This document shows, in pieces, positions 38,704-50,896 of a stretch of DNA of 51,821 nt. The notes under the pieces were generated by a model. It was not told where the DNA came from. It made no database searches and was given only the letters and a program-made list of their open reading frames with translations. The stretch covers positions 1 to 51,821 of the forward strand of contig DBGAPG010000106.1 of NCBI GenBank assembly GCA_048438765.1, read 5' to 3'. Made by a program: the position numbers and the translations under genes. Positions within the stretch are counted from its first letter, which is position 1; the number at the start of each line of letters is the position of its first letter. The DNA comes from Collinsella sp. Lineage in GTDB: Bacteria > Actinomycetota > Coriobacteriia > Coriobacteriales > Coriobacteriaceae.

Positions 38704-38739
38704 CAGAAGCGCCACCGAATCAGGAGGAATCGGTGGCGC
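38704..38739 (-). terminator. Terminator after uvrA
   Basis: GCGCCACCGA / TCGGTGGCGC 10-bp stem. Confidence 0.6.
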
Positions 38740-38759
38740 GTCGGTACTACAACGTCTCT

Positions 38760-41639
38760 TTACTGCGCGTCGAGCTGCGCCTGACGCTCACGGTCGCGCT
38801 TGAGCAACGGCGCCAAGAACTTGCCCGTGTAGCTCTGCGAACATGCCGCGACTTGCTCCGGCGTGCCTGAGACCACGACGGTTCCGCCGCCATTGCCGCC
38901 CTCGGGGCCCATATCGATCAGGCGGTCGGCAACCTTGATGACATCAAGGTTGTGCTCGATCACCAGAACCGTGTTGCCCGCATCGACCAGGCGCTGCAAC
39001 ACGTCGAGCAGCTGGCGAACATCCTCAAAATGGAGGCCGGTTGTGGGCTCGTCCAAAATGTAGAACGTCTTGCCTGTCTGACGACGATGAAGCTCCTTGG
39101 CGAGCTTCACGCGCTGCGCCTCGCCGCCCGAAAGCGTCGTAGCGGGCTGGCCCAAGCTCACGTAGCCCAGACCCACGTCATATAGGGTCTGCAGTTTGCG
39201 CTTGATCTGCGGGATATTCCCAAAGAAAGCCAGTGCTTCGGTGACACTCATGTCGAGCACGTCCGAGATTGTCTTGCCGCGGTAGGTAACCTCGAGTGTC
39301 TCGCGGTTATAACGCTTGCCGCCACATACCTCACAGGGGACATAGATATCGGGAAGGAAGTGCATCTCGATCTTAATCTGGCCATCGCCCTTGCACGCCT
39401 CGCAGCGACCGCCGCTTACGTTAAAGGAGAAACGTCCCGGCGAGTAGCCGCGCGCCTTCGACTCCGGCGTGCTTGCAAATAGCGCACGCAGATTATCCCA
39501 CAGGCCAATATAGGTCGCAGGGTTCGAACGCGGCGTGCGACCGATCGGTGACTGGTCGATATCGATTACCTTATCGATGCACTCGATGCCCTCAATCTTC
39601 TTGTAAGGCCCCACGGGACGCGTCGAACGATGGATGGCATTCGTAAGCGCGGGCGCAATCGTATCGGTGACCAGGGAGCTCTTACCCGATCCCGAAACAC
39701 CGGTAACGACCGTGAGCGTACCGAACTCAATCTTGGCGGTAACGTTTTTGAGGTTATTAGCGCGGGCACCCGTGATCTTAAGACAGCCACGGCCGGGCTT
39801 GCGGCGCTCATCGGGCACGCGGATCATCCGCTTGCCGGTCAAATAAGCACCCGTCATGGAATCGGGGCATGCCATGATATCGGCAGGCGTTCCTGCAGCG
39901 ACCACGTGTCCGCCGTTAACGCCCGCACCGGGACCCATATCGATCACGTAGTCGGCAGCGCGAATTGTATCTTCGTCGTGCTCGACGACGATAACGGTAT
40001 TACCGATATCGCGCAAGCGCTCGAGCGTCTTGATCAGGCGCTCGTTATCGCGTTGGTGAAGGCCGATCGACGGCTCGTCCAGAATGTACAGAACGCCCAT
40101 GAGGCCGGCGCCGATCTGCGTTGCCAGGCGAATACGCTGGGCCTCGCCGCCGGAAAGCGTCGCCGAGGCGCGATCGAGCGTCAGATAGTCGAGTCCGACA
40201 TCGACCAGAAAACGCAGGCGCTCCAGGATTTCCTTGACGATGCGCCCGCCGATAAACTGCTGACGCTCGGTAAGCTCCAGGCCCTCAAAAAACTCGAGTG
40301 ACTCGCGACACGACAGGCAGCAGACATCGTAAATGGACTTGCCGCCCACGGTGACGGCAAGCATCTCGGGACGCAGGCGAGCACCGTGACAGCTCGAGCA
40401 TGGCTCTTCGCGAATGTATTTCTCCAAGCGAGCCCTGGTGTTCTCGTTCGTCGTCTCGCTGTAGCGCTCGTACAGGATGTTGCGCACGCCCGAGAACTTA
40501 GTGTCCCACTGGCTGCGACGCCCATCGAGCTTTTGATAGTCGACCGAAATCTTCGTGTCGCCCATGCCATCCAAAAACGCACGACGCACCCGCGGGGGCA
40601 GGTCCTCCCATGGCGTATCGGCACTCACCTTAAAGTGTTTGCAGACCGCAGCAAAAATCTGCGGATAATAGTTGGAATTGCCGAACAGGCTGCCAAAGAC
40701 TCCATCGGCAATCGACTTTGAGGGGTCTTCAATCAGCGCCTCGGCATCGACCGTCTTTTTAAAGCCCAAGCCATCGCACTCGGGACATGCACCATAGGGC
40801 GCGTTGAACGAGAAATCGCGCGGCTGCAGGTCGTCGATGGAATGCCCATGTTCCGGGCACGCCAGTGCCAGCGAATACTCTAGCAGCTCGCCCTCGGTTC
40901 CCTCGGGAGCGCCGCGGTCGGGCAGCATGTACACGTTCACGTTACCGTGCGCCAGCGACGTCGCCTGCTCAACGGACTCGGCAATGCGACCCAGGGAGTT
41001 CTCTCGAATCACGATACGGTCGACCACGACCTCAATGTCGTGTTTGAACTTCTTGTCCAGGTCAATCGGGTCGTCAAGCGAGCGCACCTCGCCGTCGACG
41101 CGCACACGGCTAAAGCCCTCCGCACGCAGGTCCTCAAACAGCTTGGCATATTCGCCCTTGCGTCCACGAACCACCGGCGCCAACACAAACGCGCGACGGC
41201 CCTCCCCCGCCGCCAGCACCTTATCGGCAACCTGATCGGTCGTCTGACGCTCAATGACACGACCGCATTCGGGACAGTGCGGGGTGCCCACACGGGCGAA
41301 CAGCAGGCGCAGATAGTCATAAATCTCGGTTACGGTGCCAACCGTCGAGCGAGGGTTTTTAGACGTCGTCTTTTGGTCGATCGACACTGCCGGCGAAAGG
41401 CCGTCGATTGAATCCAGGTCGGGTTTGTCCATCTGACCCAAGAACTGGCGCGCATAGCTCGAAAGGCTCTCGACGTATCGACGCTGGCCCTCGGCATAGA
41501 TAGTGTCAAATGCCAGCGAACTCTTGCCCGAGCCAGAAAGACCGGTAATGACCACGAGTTGGTCACGCGGAATGGAAACATCGATATCACGGAGGTTGTG
41601 CTCACGAGCGCCGCGAATAACGATAGAAGAATCAGACAT
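38760..41639 (-). CDS. uvrA: Excinuclease ABC subunit A
   Basis: [22 protein letters not shown], two LSGGEAQR motifs, zinc fingers. Confidence 0.98.
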   Translation of the reverse strand: MSDSSIVIRGAREHNLRDIDVSIPRDQLVVITGLSGSGKSSLAFDTIYAEGQRRYVESLSSYARQFLGQMDKPDLDSIDGLSPAVSIDQKTTSKNPRSTVGTVTEIYDYLRLLFARVGTPHCPECGRVIERQTTDQVADKVLAAGEGRRAFVLAPVVRGRKGEYAKLFEDLRAEGFSRVRVDGEVRSLDDPIDLDKKFKHDIEVVVDRIVIRENSLGRIAESVEQATSLAHGNVNVYMLPDRGAPEGTEGELLEYSLALACPEHGHSIDDLQPRDFSFNAPYGACPECDGLGFKKTVDAEALIEDPSKSIADGVFGSLFGNSNYYPQIFAAVCKHFKVSADTPWEDLPPRVRRAFLDGMGDTKISVDYQKLDGRRSQWDTKFSGVRNILYERYSETTNENTRARLEKYIREEPCSSCHGARLRPEMLAVTVGGKSIYDVCCLSCRESLEFFEGLELTERQQFIGGRIVKEILERLRFLVDVGLDYLTLDRASATLSGGEAQRIRLATQIGAGLMGVLYILDEPSIGLHQRDNERLIKTLERLRDIGNTVIVVEHDEDTIRAADYVIDMGPGAGVNGGHVVAAGTPADIMACPDSMTGAYLTGKRMIRVPDERRKPGRGCLKITGARANNLKNVTAKIEFGTLTVVTGVSGSGKSSLVTDTIAPALTNAIHRSTRPVGPYKKIEGIECIDKVIDIDQSPIGRTPRSNPATYIGLWDNLRALFASTPESKARGYSPGRFSFNVSGGRCEACKGDGQIKIEMHFLPDIYVPCEVCGGKRYNRETLEVTYRGKTISDVLDMSVTEALAFFGNIPQIKRKLQTLYDVGLGYVSLGQPATTLSGGEAQRVKLAKELHRRQTGKTFYILDEPTTGLHFEDVRQLLDVLQRLVDAGNTVLVIEHNLDVIKVADRLIDMGPEGGNGGGTVVVSGTPEQVAACSQSYTGKFLAPLLKRDRERQAQLDAQ

Positions 41640-41700
41640 GGAAGCTCCTTGCCTCCTATTGCATCGAATCATACTGTCGATGAGTTTAGCGCACTCGACG

Positions 41701-41714
41701 CGCACAGATGTTCG
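41701..41714. promoter_or_regulatory. Candidate LexA (SOS) box upstream of uvrA
   Basis: CGCAC-AGAT-GTTCG, one mismatch to the Gram-positive CGAAC-N4-GTTCG, about 62 bp upstream of the uvrA ATG. Confidence 0.55.
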
Positions 41715-41832
41715 TAATACAAGATTCGCAGACCTTTAGCTTTGCGTATCGGGCGCTTTGTTTCTCGAAATGTCGTGGAAAGGTTACAGTAATCTAATAC
41801 TGAACTTAATTTGCCGTAACAGAGGAACGTCC

Positions 41833-43985
41833 ATGACCGAAGATATCCCCCTTGAAATCACTTCGAGCGACATGGCCAATCTGCCCATATTCATCGCCGT
41901 CCTTATCGTGGCCATCGTCGTGGTGCGCGTATATTTTTCAATCAAACACAATGAAAAGCCGCCCATTGCCCGCGTCTTTTGGTGCGCGACGCTCCTCATC
42001 CCGCTCGGCATGGTAGCTGCATGGATTACGAATCAATTGCTCGTAAATGAGGACAATTCCCTATGGGTCCTTTCTTATTCGGCGCTCGGTGCTACCGCCG
42101 TCATACTTCTTGTCGAGCCCTTGGTTTCGGGACTTATCGACCAAACCGATCTTGCGACGGGAACGGTTGCCTGTATTTGCCGTGACATCCTTGTCATCGC
42201 CGCTGTTTCAGCGCTCTCGTTCGTTTCACTCGAAATTGCCTGCAACGAAACGTTCTATCGCATTCCCGCCAACTCATTCGGGTTTTCCGTCGGGCTGCTC
42301 GCGACGGTTCTGCTCTCCCTTTATTTGCTGGGACAGCGTCATGGAGGCGTCATGGCCCTCGTGCCCGTCGCCTGTTGCATCCTTGGCATTGCCGAGCACT
42401 TCGTCATAACGTTTAAAGGCGAGGCCATCCTGCCAAGCGATATCTTGGCCCTTGGCACCGCAATGGAAGTGAGCGAGGGATACGAGTTTACCTTTACCGC
42501 CGGAATCGTAACCTCTCTAGCCCTGCTGGAGATTTCCCTGGGGCTTCTTTCGCTTATCCGACCGAGAAAGCTCCGTACGCCCACCCATGTCTTCCCCGCA
42601 ATCGCCGCTAACCTCTGCGCTTTTCTGCTAGTGACCGTTGTGGGGCTCTCGGGCTTTTCCAGCATCGACTTGGAGCAGGCGCTGAATTTTGGATTTGACC
42701 GTTGGCAGCCCATCACCACGTATGCGTCTCAGGGTTTTATCACTTCGTTCACCGAAATGGTCAACGAGTTGCCCATTGAGAAGCCCGAAGACTATACGCC
42801 CGATGAGGCGCGGAGCATCGAGCAGGAGCTCGCCGCCACCTACGACAGCACGTATGGCTCGAGCGAGCAGCGCGCGGCGGCCGTTGCCCAGTTCAATGAA
42901 ATCAAGCCGACGATTGTTGCCGTCATGAATGAGAGTTTTAGCGACCTTTCGTGCTTTGAGCAGCTCCAGGCGGCCGGGTACACCGGCCCGCATTCTACAA
43001 CTCGCTTCCCGACACACTTGTTCGCGGCACCATGCTCGCTTCGGTCACCGGTGGCGGAACGGCAAACTCCGAATTCGAATTTTTGACCGGAGCGACAACG
43101 GCCTTTGTCGGATTAGGCAAGATCCCCTATCAGCTGTATCAGATGAATGGCGTCAACAGCCTGGCAAAGGACCTTAAAGAGCTTGGGTATACCGCCACCG
43201 CTATGCACCCGCAAAACCCCGTCAACTACCATCGAGATAAAATCTATCAGCAGCTGGGCTTTGGAGACTTTCTTTCAATCGGCGATTTCGAAGGTGCGCC
43301 CTGTTACCATGCCGGCGTATGCGACTACGCCACCTACGACAAGATACTCGACCTGCTTAGAACCAACGAAGCGCCGCAGTTCATCTTTGACGTCACGATG
43401 CAAAATCACGGCGGCTACGACTATGGCACCGTTCCCGCCGAGGAGCTGACAAACTATTGGGTCGAGGGAGCCAGCGAGGGTGCCAATAGCGCGCTCAACA
43501 CCTATCTTACCTGCATCAACGCATCCGACCGGGACCTCGAGTACTTTATCAACGAGCTCCGCAATATCGGCAGACCGGTTGTCCTTGTCTTTTTTGGCGA
43601 CCATCAGCCGAGCGCCGCAACGACTCTCAACGACGAGCTGTACCCTCAGGAAGATACGGCAAGCCACGCTTTCCGTATCTATCAGTCGACATATTTTGTC
43701 TGGGCTAACTATGAAATCGCCGGCAATACCGAGCTCAACGTCTACGACACCGTCGGGGCAAACGAGATTGCAGCCATTACCCTTAATAAGATCGGCGCCC
43801 CGCTCACCGACTATCAAAAGGCTCTGCTTGCAACAAGGTCAGATGTGCCCACCATCAATGTCGCCGGCTACCTTGGTGCCGACGGGCTGCGCTACGACTT
43901 GGAATCTGAAGACAGCCCATACGCCTCGACGATCGACAAGCTGCAGCGCATGCAATACCTCGAGTTCGCTAGCAAAGTTCAGTAA
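41833..43985 (+). pseudogene. LTA synthase family (membrane sulfatase-like/phosphoglycerol transferase), split by a 1-bp deletion near 42987-42990
   Basis: The first ORF has TM helices plus VMNESFSD. The frame switches after YTGP to AFYNSLPDTLVRGTMLASVTGGGTANSEFEFLTG...TMQNHG...FFGDHQP. Restored length is about 717 aa. Confidence 0.8.
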
Positions 43986-44130
43986 GCCCGCCCATTCGCT
44001 TGGACCCATCGTATTGCAAGCACGCTCGGCCCAAATGCATCGCAAATGACTCCCGCTCGCAAACGAGGGTACAATGACGCTCGTGTCACATCACGGGGCT
44101 CCGGCCCCAACACATACAAAGGAGTCATAC

Positions 44131-44961
44131 ATGGGTTGCGAGCACGCACAGGCCGCCGGCGGACAAACGTCGCCGTCGCAATTTGAGGAGAACACGCTGT
44201 CCGAGGTCAAACGCGTCATCGCCGTGCTTTCCGGCAAGGGCGGTGTCGGCAAGTCGTTTGTCACCGGTGCCATCGCTACCGAGCTTGCCCGTCACGGCCA
44301 CAAGGTCGGCGTCCTCGATGCCGACATCACCGGTCCCTCTATCCCCAAGATGTTCGGTATGAGCGGACGCCACGTCCATGCCCTTGGCAACCTTATGCTG
44401 CCCGAAATCTCCGAGCACGGCGTCAAGGTCATGAGCTCCAACCTGCTGCTCCAAAACGAGACCGACCCCGTCCTTTGGCGCGGTCCGGTCATCGCAGGCG
44501 CCATTAGGCAGTTCTGGAGCGAGACCTCGTGGGGCCCCATCGACTACCTGCTGGTCGACATGCCCCCGGGAACAGGCGACGTCGCGCTCACCGTCTTCCA
44601 GTCGCTGCCCGTCGACGGCATCGTCATCGTCACGAGCCCGCAGGATCTGGTCTCGATGATCGTCGCCAAGGCGGTCAACATGGCCGAGAAGATGAACGTC
44701 CCCATTCTGGGCATTGTCGAGAACATGAGCTATATTGAGTGTCCCGACTGCGGCAAGAAGATCGAGGTCTTTGGCAAGAGCAAGCTCCCCGAGGTCGCAG
44801 AGCGCTATAACCTCGACATCTTGGGCACGCTTCCCATCAATCCGTCACTCGCCGAGGCCTGCGATAAGGGCGAGGTCGAGACCGCGCTGCCCGATGGCAT
44901 GTTGCCCAAGGCAGTCTCTGCCGTCGAGGCCATTACCCCGCACGAGACCGACGAGGCCTAA
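44131..44961 (+). CDS. mrp: Mrp/NBP35 (ApbC) Fe-S cluster carrier ATPase
   Basis: SGKGGVGKS, DADITGPS, WRGP, DMPPGTGD, ENMS..CPDC; AAGGAG RBS. Confidence 0.93.
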   Translation: MGCEHAQAAGGQTSPSQFEENTLSEVKRVIAVLSGKGGVGKSFVTGAIATELARHGHKVGVLDADITGPSIPKMFGMSGRHVHALGNLMLPEISEHGVKVMSSNLLLQNETDPVLWRGPVIAGAIRQFWSETSWGPIDYLLVDMPPGTGDVALTVFQSLPVDGIVIVTSPQDLVSMIVAKAVNMAEKMNVPILGIVENMSYIECPDCGKKIEVFGKSKLPEVAERYNLDILGTLPINPSLAEACDKGEVETALPDGMLPKAVSAVEAITPHETDEA

Positions 44962-46233
44962 GTGAACACGAGCGCCTTCTATGACGTCCTGGTAATCGGC
45001 GGCGGGGCTTCAGGCCTCGCCGCCGCCATTACGGCCGCACGTGCTGGCAAAAGCGTCTGCATCGTTGAGCGCGATGTCGCCTGCGGCCTTAAGCTCCTTG
45101 CGACCGGTAACGGCCGCTGCAACCTCTCCAACGAATCGATTGATCCTCAGCGGTATAACCACCCCGCATTCGTCGAATCCGTCATGGGCCCCCAGCCCGA
45201 ACAAGAGCTTATGGGTTTCTTCTCCTCGCTGGGCATCATGACAACCTCCGAGGAAGGCCGGCTGTACCCGCGCTCCCTTCGCGCCGAATCGGTGCGCGAC
45301 GCGCTTCTCAACGTTTGCAACCGCCTAGGTATCACCTTAATCTGCGGAGCCAACGTTGCCTCGGCGCACAAAGTTTCCGAAGGCTGGGCACTCCAAATAG
45401 ACCGTCCAGCGCGGGCGCTCAAGGCAAAAAAGCACGACGACCGAAAATCGGAGCTCCGCTCGCTTCGGAAAACGCTCGCCGATGTCCCTCGCAAGAACGA
45501 GGCCCTGCAGGCACATGCCGTAATTATCGCCACGGGCGGCAACCCCACCGGTATCGCCGATACGTTTAGCCTCCCCCTCACTTCGCTGCGCCCCATCCTC
45601 TGCCCCGTATCGGCAACGGTCGTCGGCGATCGGACGGCACTCAAGACGTTGGATGGCCTGCGCGTCCGCGCCCGCTTGACGCTCGCCCGCAATCATAATG
45701 AGCTCTGGCACGAAGACGGTGAAGTCCTGTTTCGAGCCTTCGGCATCTCGGGCGTCGCTGTCTTCAACCTCTCCCGTCGTATCCAGCGCGGCGATACGAT
45801 CCTGCTCGACGTTTTCCCCGACCTCTCCAAAGACAAGCTGCTCGATATGCTCAACCGACGCGTTGAGCTGCTCGGCGGCTTTTCGCCCCGCGATCCCCGT
45901 TGGCTCGACGGCATGCTCGCCCCGCAACTCTCCCGCGTCGTCTGCACGGCGTTCGAGCAGTGCCATCCAGGCTCCAACGATGTCATCCACCTGGTCTCGG
46001 TCCTCAAGCACTTTAAGTTGCTCGTCGAGGGAACAGCCGAGGAGCGCTCGGCGCAGGTCACGCGTGGTGGCGTATCTGTCGAGAGCATCTCAACACCCAG
46101 TCTACGCGCGTGCAGCGTTGTCGACGCCCCGCTTTACGTCTGCGGCGAATCGCTCGACATCGACGCCGATTGCGGAGGCTTTAACCTTGCGTGGGCCTGG
46201 CTCTCGGGCATTCGCGCTGCAAGCAGCCTGTAG
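44962..46233 (+). CDS. HI0933/BaiN-like NAD(P)/FAD-dependent oxidoreductase
   Basis: IGGGASG, KLLATGNGRCN, GRLYP, VTRGGV, CGGFNL.WA..SG. Confidence 0.9.
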   Translation: MNTSAFYDVLVIGGGASGLAAAITAARAGKSVCIVERDVACGLKLLATGNGRCNLSNESIDPQRYNHPAFVESVMGPQPEQELMGFFSSLGIMTTSEEGRLYPRSLRAESVRDALLNVCNRLGITLICGANVASAHKVSEGWALQIDRPARALKAKKHDDRKSELRSLRKTLADVPRKNEALQAHAVIIATGGNPTGIADTFSLPLTSLRPILCPVSATVVGDRTALKTLDGLRVRARLTLARNHNELWHEDGEVLFRAFGISGVAVFNLSRRIQRGDTILLDVFPDLSKDKLLDMLNRRVELLGGFSPRDPRWLDGMLAPQLSRVVCTAFEQCHPGSNDVIHLVSVLKHFKLLVEGTAEERSAQVTRGGVSVESISTPSLRACSVVDAPLYVCGESLDIDADCGGFNLAWAWLSGIRAASSL

Positions 46234-46262
46234 CCGCTCAGTCTATAATCAAAAACGCATTC

Positions 46263-46296
46263 GGGCCGTCTGGAATACCGGACGGCCTCTTTCTTG
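46263..46296 (+). terminator. Hairpin with T tract between the two flavoprotein genes
   Basis: GGCCGTCTGG-AATA-CCGGACGGCC-TCTTTCTT. Confidence 0.55.
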
Positions 46297-46313
46297 CCTC
46301 TAAGGAGACCTCG

Positions 46314-47954
46314 ATGATCGAAATCACCCAAGTCAACGCGTCGCTCGATGAAGCCGGCGATGAAAATGCCTGTCTCATTGTTGGCAAGCGAGTCGCCAAG
46401 CGCGTCCTACGTTGCAAGGACTCCGAGATCAAGTCCATCGAGCTCCACCGCAAGTCAATCGACGCTCGCAAAAAACGAGACGTCCATTTTATCCTGAGCT
46501 TTCGTGTTGAGCTGACTAGCCCCCACCTCGAGCAAGAAGCGGTCGACAGCGTTGCCGAGCGTGACCGCTCGCGCGTACGCGCGATAGAAGACGATGAGCC
46601 TTCATTCCCCTCCCCCGTCTCCGACGCACCTCAAGAACGCCCTGTCGTTGTCGGCGCCGGATGCGCCGGCCTTTTCGCTGCGCTCACGCTCGCCGAAGCA
46701 GGTCTTAAGCCCTTGCTTATCGAGCGCGGCGACCCGGCATTTCGCCGCTCGCAGGCGATCGACCTCTTTCTAAAGGAGCGCATCCTCGACCCCGAGAGCA
46801 ATATTCAGTTTGGTCTGGGCGGCGCGGGGACCTTCTCGGACGGCAAGCTCAATACGGGAACAAAAAATCCCGCCCATCGCCTTATCCTCGAAACCTTCGT
46901 CGAGGCGGGTGCGCCCCGCGATATTCTGTGGGATGCCAAGCCGCACATTGGCTCCGACATCCTTCCCACGGTTGTCACCGCTATATCCCAGCGCATCGAG
47001 CAGCTCGGAGGTGTCGTCCGTTATCGAACGAAGCTCGTCGACATTCGCATCGACGTGTCTGGCGCCATCACCGGCATTGATGTCCAATCGTCCCAAGACG
47101 CCGCTTACGAGTCAATCGAGACAAAGCACCTCATCCTCGCCTGCGGGCATTCTGCTCGCGATATTTTTGAGCTCCTTAAGGACCACAACGTGGCCCTCGC
47201 ACAAAAGACCTTTGCCATGGGCGTTCGCATCGAGCATCCGCAACGCGACATCGACAGAGCCCAATATGGAGCCTCGGCGGGACATCCAGCGCTCGGGGCA
47301 GCCCCCTACAAGCTCGTCGCCCATCTTCCCAACGGCCGCAGCGTGTTCTCGTTTTGCATGTGCCCCGGCGGACAGGTTGTTGCCGCCTCTTCAGAACCGT
47401 GCCATCTGTGCGTCAACGGGGCCAGTCTCAATGCCCGCGACGGACGCAACGCAAATGCCGCCCTGCTCGTTAACGTCACGCCTGAGGACCTTCCCAACGA
47501 TGACCCGCTCGCCGGCATCGAGCTCCAGCGTGCCTGCGAGGCGGCCGCCTATCGCCTGGGCGGTTCCAACTGGAACGCACCGGCACAACTCGTCGGAGAT
47601 TTCCTCGCAGGACGCGCCAGCAAGGCGCCCGGAAAGGTAAAGCCCACCTATCCGCTCGGTGTGACCTGGACGGCAATTGACGAAGCCCTACCGCAGCATA
47701 TCGTCGAGTCGCTCCGCCTGGGACTTCCCCTACTCGGAAAAAAGCTACGAGGCTACGACCGTCCCGATGCCGTTCTTACCGGCGTGGAGACTCGTTCGAG
47801 CTCACCGGTCACTGTCACCCGAGACCGAACGTGCCATGCCGTGTCGACCCCGGGCCTCTACCCTTGTGGTGAGGGAGCTGGATATGCCGGCGGCATCATG
47901 AGCGCGGCCACCGACGGCATCCGTTGTGCTGAAGCCCTGATCGCAGACCTCTAA
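46314..47954 (+). CDS. Uncharacterised FAD-dependent dehydrogenase (COG2509-like)
   Basis: VVGAGCAG, FGLGGAGTFSDGKL, GVRIEHPQ, FCMCPGG, ETRSSSP, GEGAGYAGGI; AAGGAG RBS. Confidence 0.9.
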   Translation: MIEITQVNASLDEAGDENACLIVGKRVAKRVLRCKDSEIKSIELHRKSIDARKKRDVHFILSFRVELTSPHLEQEAVDSVAERDRSRVRAIEDDEPSFPSPVSDAPQERPVVVGAGCAGLFAALTLAEAGLKPLLIERGDPAFRRSQAIDLFLKERILDPESNIQFGLGGAGTFSDGKLNTGTKNPAHRLILETFVEAGAPRDILWDAKPHIGSDILPTVVTAISQRIEQLGGVVRYRTKLVDIRIDVSGAITGIDVQSSQDAAYESIETKHLILACGHSARDIFELLKDHNVALAQKTFAMGVRIEHPQRDIDRAQYGASAGHPALGAAPYKLVAHLPNGRSVFSFCMCPGGQVVAASSEPCHLCVNGASLNARDGRNANAALLVNVTPEDLPNDDPLAGIELQRACEAAAYRLGGSNWNAPAQLVGDFLAGRASKAPGKVKPTYPLGVTWTAIDEALPQHIVESLRLGLPLLGKKLRGYDRPDAVLTGVETRSSSPVTVTRDRTCHAVSTPGLYPCGEGAGYAGGIMSAATDGIRCAEALIADL

Positions 47955-47982
47955 CGCACAAATTCCAGCGCGCAAAAGACAT

Positions 47983-48014
47983 AGGCCCCGAGCTCCACAG
48001 GGAACTCGGGGCCT
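47983..48014. terminator. Terminator between convergent genes
   Basis: AGGCCCCGAG / CTCGGGGCCT stem. Confidence 0.7.
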
Positions 48015-48022
48015 GTTCGCGG

Positions 48023-50263
48023 CTATTTCTTAAACCGTGCACCCTGGCGTTTTCTGCCCGATGCGAACGTGGAACCCTTGCGGGCCTGCGAGCGTAAGCG
48101 CTCGATCGTCTCGTCCTCAGACGCACCCTCGAGCATCGCCCGAATCTGAACGACAACATCGCGCAGGCGCGCCGCCTCCTCAAAGTCCATAGCGGCAGAA
48201 GCGTTACGCATATCCTCTTCCATGGTTTCGACGATCCGCACAAGCTCGTCATGCGGCAGTTCTTCCAACTGCTCCGCAAGTGTCTGCTCGGGCGCCACCG
48301 TTTCCGGCACACCGCCCTCGCCCGACTCATCGGGCGTATAGAATGCGCCATGGCCAAGAGAGTCGCCCTTCGAGCGTCCCTTGGAGCCCACAGTTTTTTC
48401 GGCCTCGGCAATAAAACTTGAGATGTCGTTGATGGCCTTGCGCACTGTCTTGGGCACAATGCCATGTTCTTCGTTATATGCCATCTGAATCTCGCGACGG
48501 CGCTGCGTCTCCTCGATGGCCTCTTTCATCGAATCGGTCACAACGTCTGCATACATGATGACTTCGCCATCGGCGTTACGGGCCGCACGGCCAATCGTCT
48601 GAATCAGCGAACGGCGGTTGCGCAAGAAGCCTTCCTTATCGGCATCGAGAATTGCCACCAGTGAGACCTCGGGAAGATCCAAGCCCTCGCGGAGCAGGTT
48701 GATGCCAACGAGAACATCGATCTTGCCCTCGCGCAGCGTTCGCAGGATCTCGACACGGTCCATTGTCGCCGTATCAGAGTGCATGTAATTGACCTTAATG
48801 CCCGCATCAAGTAGATGGTCGGTCAGGTCCTCGGCCATGCGTTTGGTCAACGTGGTCACCAGCACGCGCTCCTTGCGGGCAACGCGCTCGCGAATCTCGT
48901 CCTCAAGATCGTCAATCTGACCGCGAACTGGACGCACGTCAATCTTGGGGTCGAGCAGGCCGGTCGGACGAATAATCTGCTCCACGTCGTTTTGGCTCAC
49001 CCGCAGCTCGTAGTCGCCCGGCGTGGCCGAAACATAGATAAACTGGGGGATCCTTGCCTCAAACTCATCGAAACGAAGCGGGCGGTTATCGAGCGCCGAG
49101 GGCAGGCGAAAACCGTGTTCCACCAGCGTCACCTTACGCGAGCGGTCACCTTCGTGCATGCCGCGAATCTGCGGCACCGTCACATGGCTCTCATCGATGA
49201 TGCAGAGCATATCCTTGGGAAAGTAATCGATTAGGGTAAACGGCGGCTCACCCGGCTTGCGACCGTCCAGATGACGCGAGTAGTTCTCGATGCCGTTGCA
49301 AAAGCCCATCGTCTCGAGCATCTCAAGATCATAATCGGTACGCTGCTGCAGACGCTGCGCCTCGAGCAACTTGTCGGTCGCCTTGAGCTCCGCCACGCGC
49401 TTCTCGCATTCTTCGCTGATCGATTTCAGAGCCGCCTTGACCTTCGGCTTCTCGGTCACGTAGTGCGATGCCGGCCATACGGGAATGGCCTCGTACTCAC
49501 GAAGCATCTCACCGGTGACCTCATCGATCTCGGCAATCAGCTCGACCTCGTCGCCAAAGAACTCAAACCGCAACGGATGCTCGGCATAAGGCGGATACAC
49601 GTCAACAACATCGCCGCGCACGCGGAACGTGCCACGTGCCAGGTCATAGTCATTGCGATCATATTGAATGTCGATAAGTGCATGGATAAAGTCATCGCGC
49701 TCGAGCGGCACCTTCTTGTCGACGTTTGGAGCCAGACCCGCATAGTCCTCAGGAGAGCCAATGCCATAGATACACGAGACCGATGCGACAACGATCACAT
49801 CACGTCGAGAGAGCAGTGACGCGGTCGCCTGATGGCGCAGCATCTCGACCTCTTCGTTAATCGAGGAGTCTTTCTCGATATATGTATCGCTTTGCGGCAC
49901 ATACGCCTCGGGCTGATAGTAGTCGTAGTACGAGACGAAGTAGACCACAGCGTTGTTGGGAAAGAACTCTTTGAGCTCGCTCGCAAGCTGAGCAGCGAGC
50001 GTTTTATTGGGGGCCATGACCAGCGTCGGCTTTCCCAGGGCCTCAATAGTCTTTGCCATCGTGAAGGTCTTGCCCGAACCAGTCACGCCCAGCAAAACCT
50101 GATAGCGGTCTCCGTCCCTCACGCCCCGCACAAGTGACTCAATGGCCTTAGGCTGGGAACCAGCGGGCTCGTATGGAGACACGACCTTAAACGGCACATC
50201 AGCGCCCTCAACGCCAAAGCGCTTAAGTTCACCACCAACGCGTTCTACTTCAAATTCCGCCAT
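48023..50263 (-). CDS. uvrB: Excinuclease ABC subunit B
   Basis: [45 protein letters not shown] domain. Confidence 0.98.
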   Translation of the reverse strand: MAEFEVERVGGELKRFGVEGADVPFKVVSPYEPAGSQPKAIESLVRGVRDGDRYQVLLGVTGSGKTFTMAKTIEALGKPTLVMAPNKTLAAQLASELKEFFPNNAVVYFVSYYDYYQPEAYVPQSDTYIEKDSSINEEVEMLRHQATASLLSRRDVIVVASVSCIYGIGSPEDYAGLAPNVDKKVPLERDDFIHALIDIQYDRNDYDLARGTFRVRGDVVDVYPPYAEHPLRFEFFGDEVELIAEIDEVTGEMLREYEAIPVWPASHYVTEKPKVKAALKSISEECEKRVAELKATDKLLEAQRLQQRTDYDLEMLETMGFCNGIENYSRHLDGRKPGEPPFTLIDYFPKDMLCIIDESHVTVPQIRGMHEGDRSRKVTLVEHGFRLPSALDNRPLRFDEFEARIPQFIYVSATPGDYELRVSQNDVEQIIRPTGLLDPKIDVRPVRGQIDDLEDEIRERVARKERVLVTTLTKRMAEDLTDHLLDAGIKVNYMHSDTATMDRVEILRTLREGKIDVLVGINLLREGLDLPEVSLVAILDADKEGFLRNRRSLIQTIGRAARNADGEVIMYADVVTDSMKEAIEETQRRREIQMAYNEEHGIVPKTVRKAINDISSFIAEAEKTVGSKGRSKGDSLGHGAFYTPDESGEGGVPETVAPEQTLAEQLEELPHDELVRIVETMEEDMRNASAAMDFEEAARLRDVVVQIRAMLEGASEDETIERLRSQARKGSTFASGRKRQGARFKK

Positions 50264-50314
50264 GGATACTCCTAACTCGTACATCTGCAGTATACGCAGG
50301 CGGTGGGCTTAGTC

Positions 50315-50896
50315 CTATACGAACCGATCGGGATAGAGAGTCTTATATCGAACCCAGGCATTATTGACGCGAATCAGATACGCCTGCGTCTCGGGAAAGG
50401 TAATTGCATTATGAAGCGACGTACCCTGCTGCGCCCATCCGTCGACATTGCCCATACCGGCGTTATAGGCGGCGATGGCACTATCCGTCGACCCGTTGAA
50501 ATAGGCGAGAAGATACGAGAGGTATGCGCAGCCAAACTCGATATTCGTAGCCGGATCGTTAAGATTGTCGACCGAATACTCCCCTCCGTCGACAAGGCCC
50601 TTGGCGATCATGTCCTGGGCAGTCTCGGGCATCAGCTGCATCAATCCCTGAGCACCCTGATTCGACTCGGCCTCGGGATCCCAATTCGATTCCGACTTAA
50701 TGACAGCGCACACCAGATACGGATCCAGATTATGCGAAATACTGGATTGCTTTACATACGCCTCGTAGTCAATCGGATACAGCGGCTTAAAGAAAGCGGC
50801 AGGAGCACACGAGTAGACGAGCGAAATAAGGCCGAAGACGAACACAACGGCAAGTGGCGCCACGCGATACCACGTAAAGAAACGTGCCTTAGGCAT
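50315..50896 (-). CDS. Lytic transglycosylase (SLT domain)
   Basis: AVIKSESNW, GAQGLMQLMPETA, AAYNAG, ETQAY. Confidence 0.92.
   Translation of the reverse strand: MPKARFFTWYRVAPLAVVFVFGLISLVYSCAPAAFFKPLYPIDYEAYVKQSSISHNLDPYLVCAVIKSESNWDPEAESNQGAQGLMQLMPETAQDMIAKGLVDGGEYSVDNLNDPATNIEFGCAYLSYLLAYFNGSTDSAIAAYNAGMGNVDGWAQQGTSLHNAITFPETQAYLIRVNNAWVRYKTLYPDRFV

Noticed and set aside
50278..50291. Possible LexA box upstream of uvrB (CGTAC-ATCT-GCAGT)
   Set aside because: The right half-site has too many mismatches to GTTCG.
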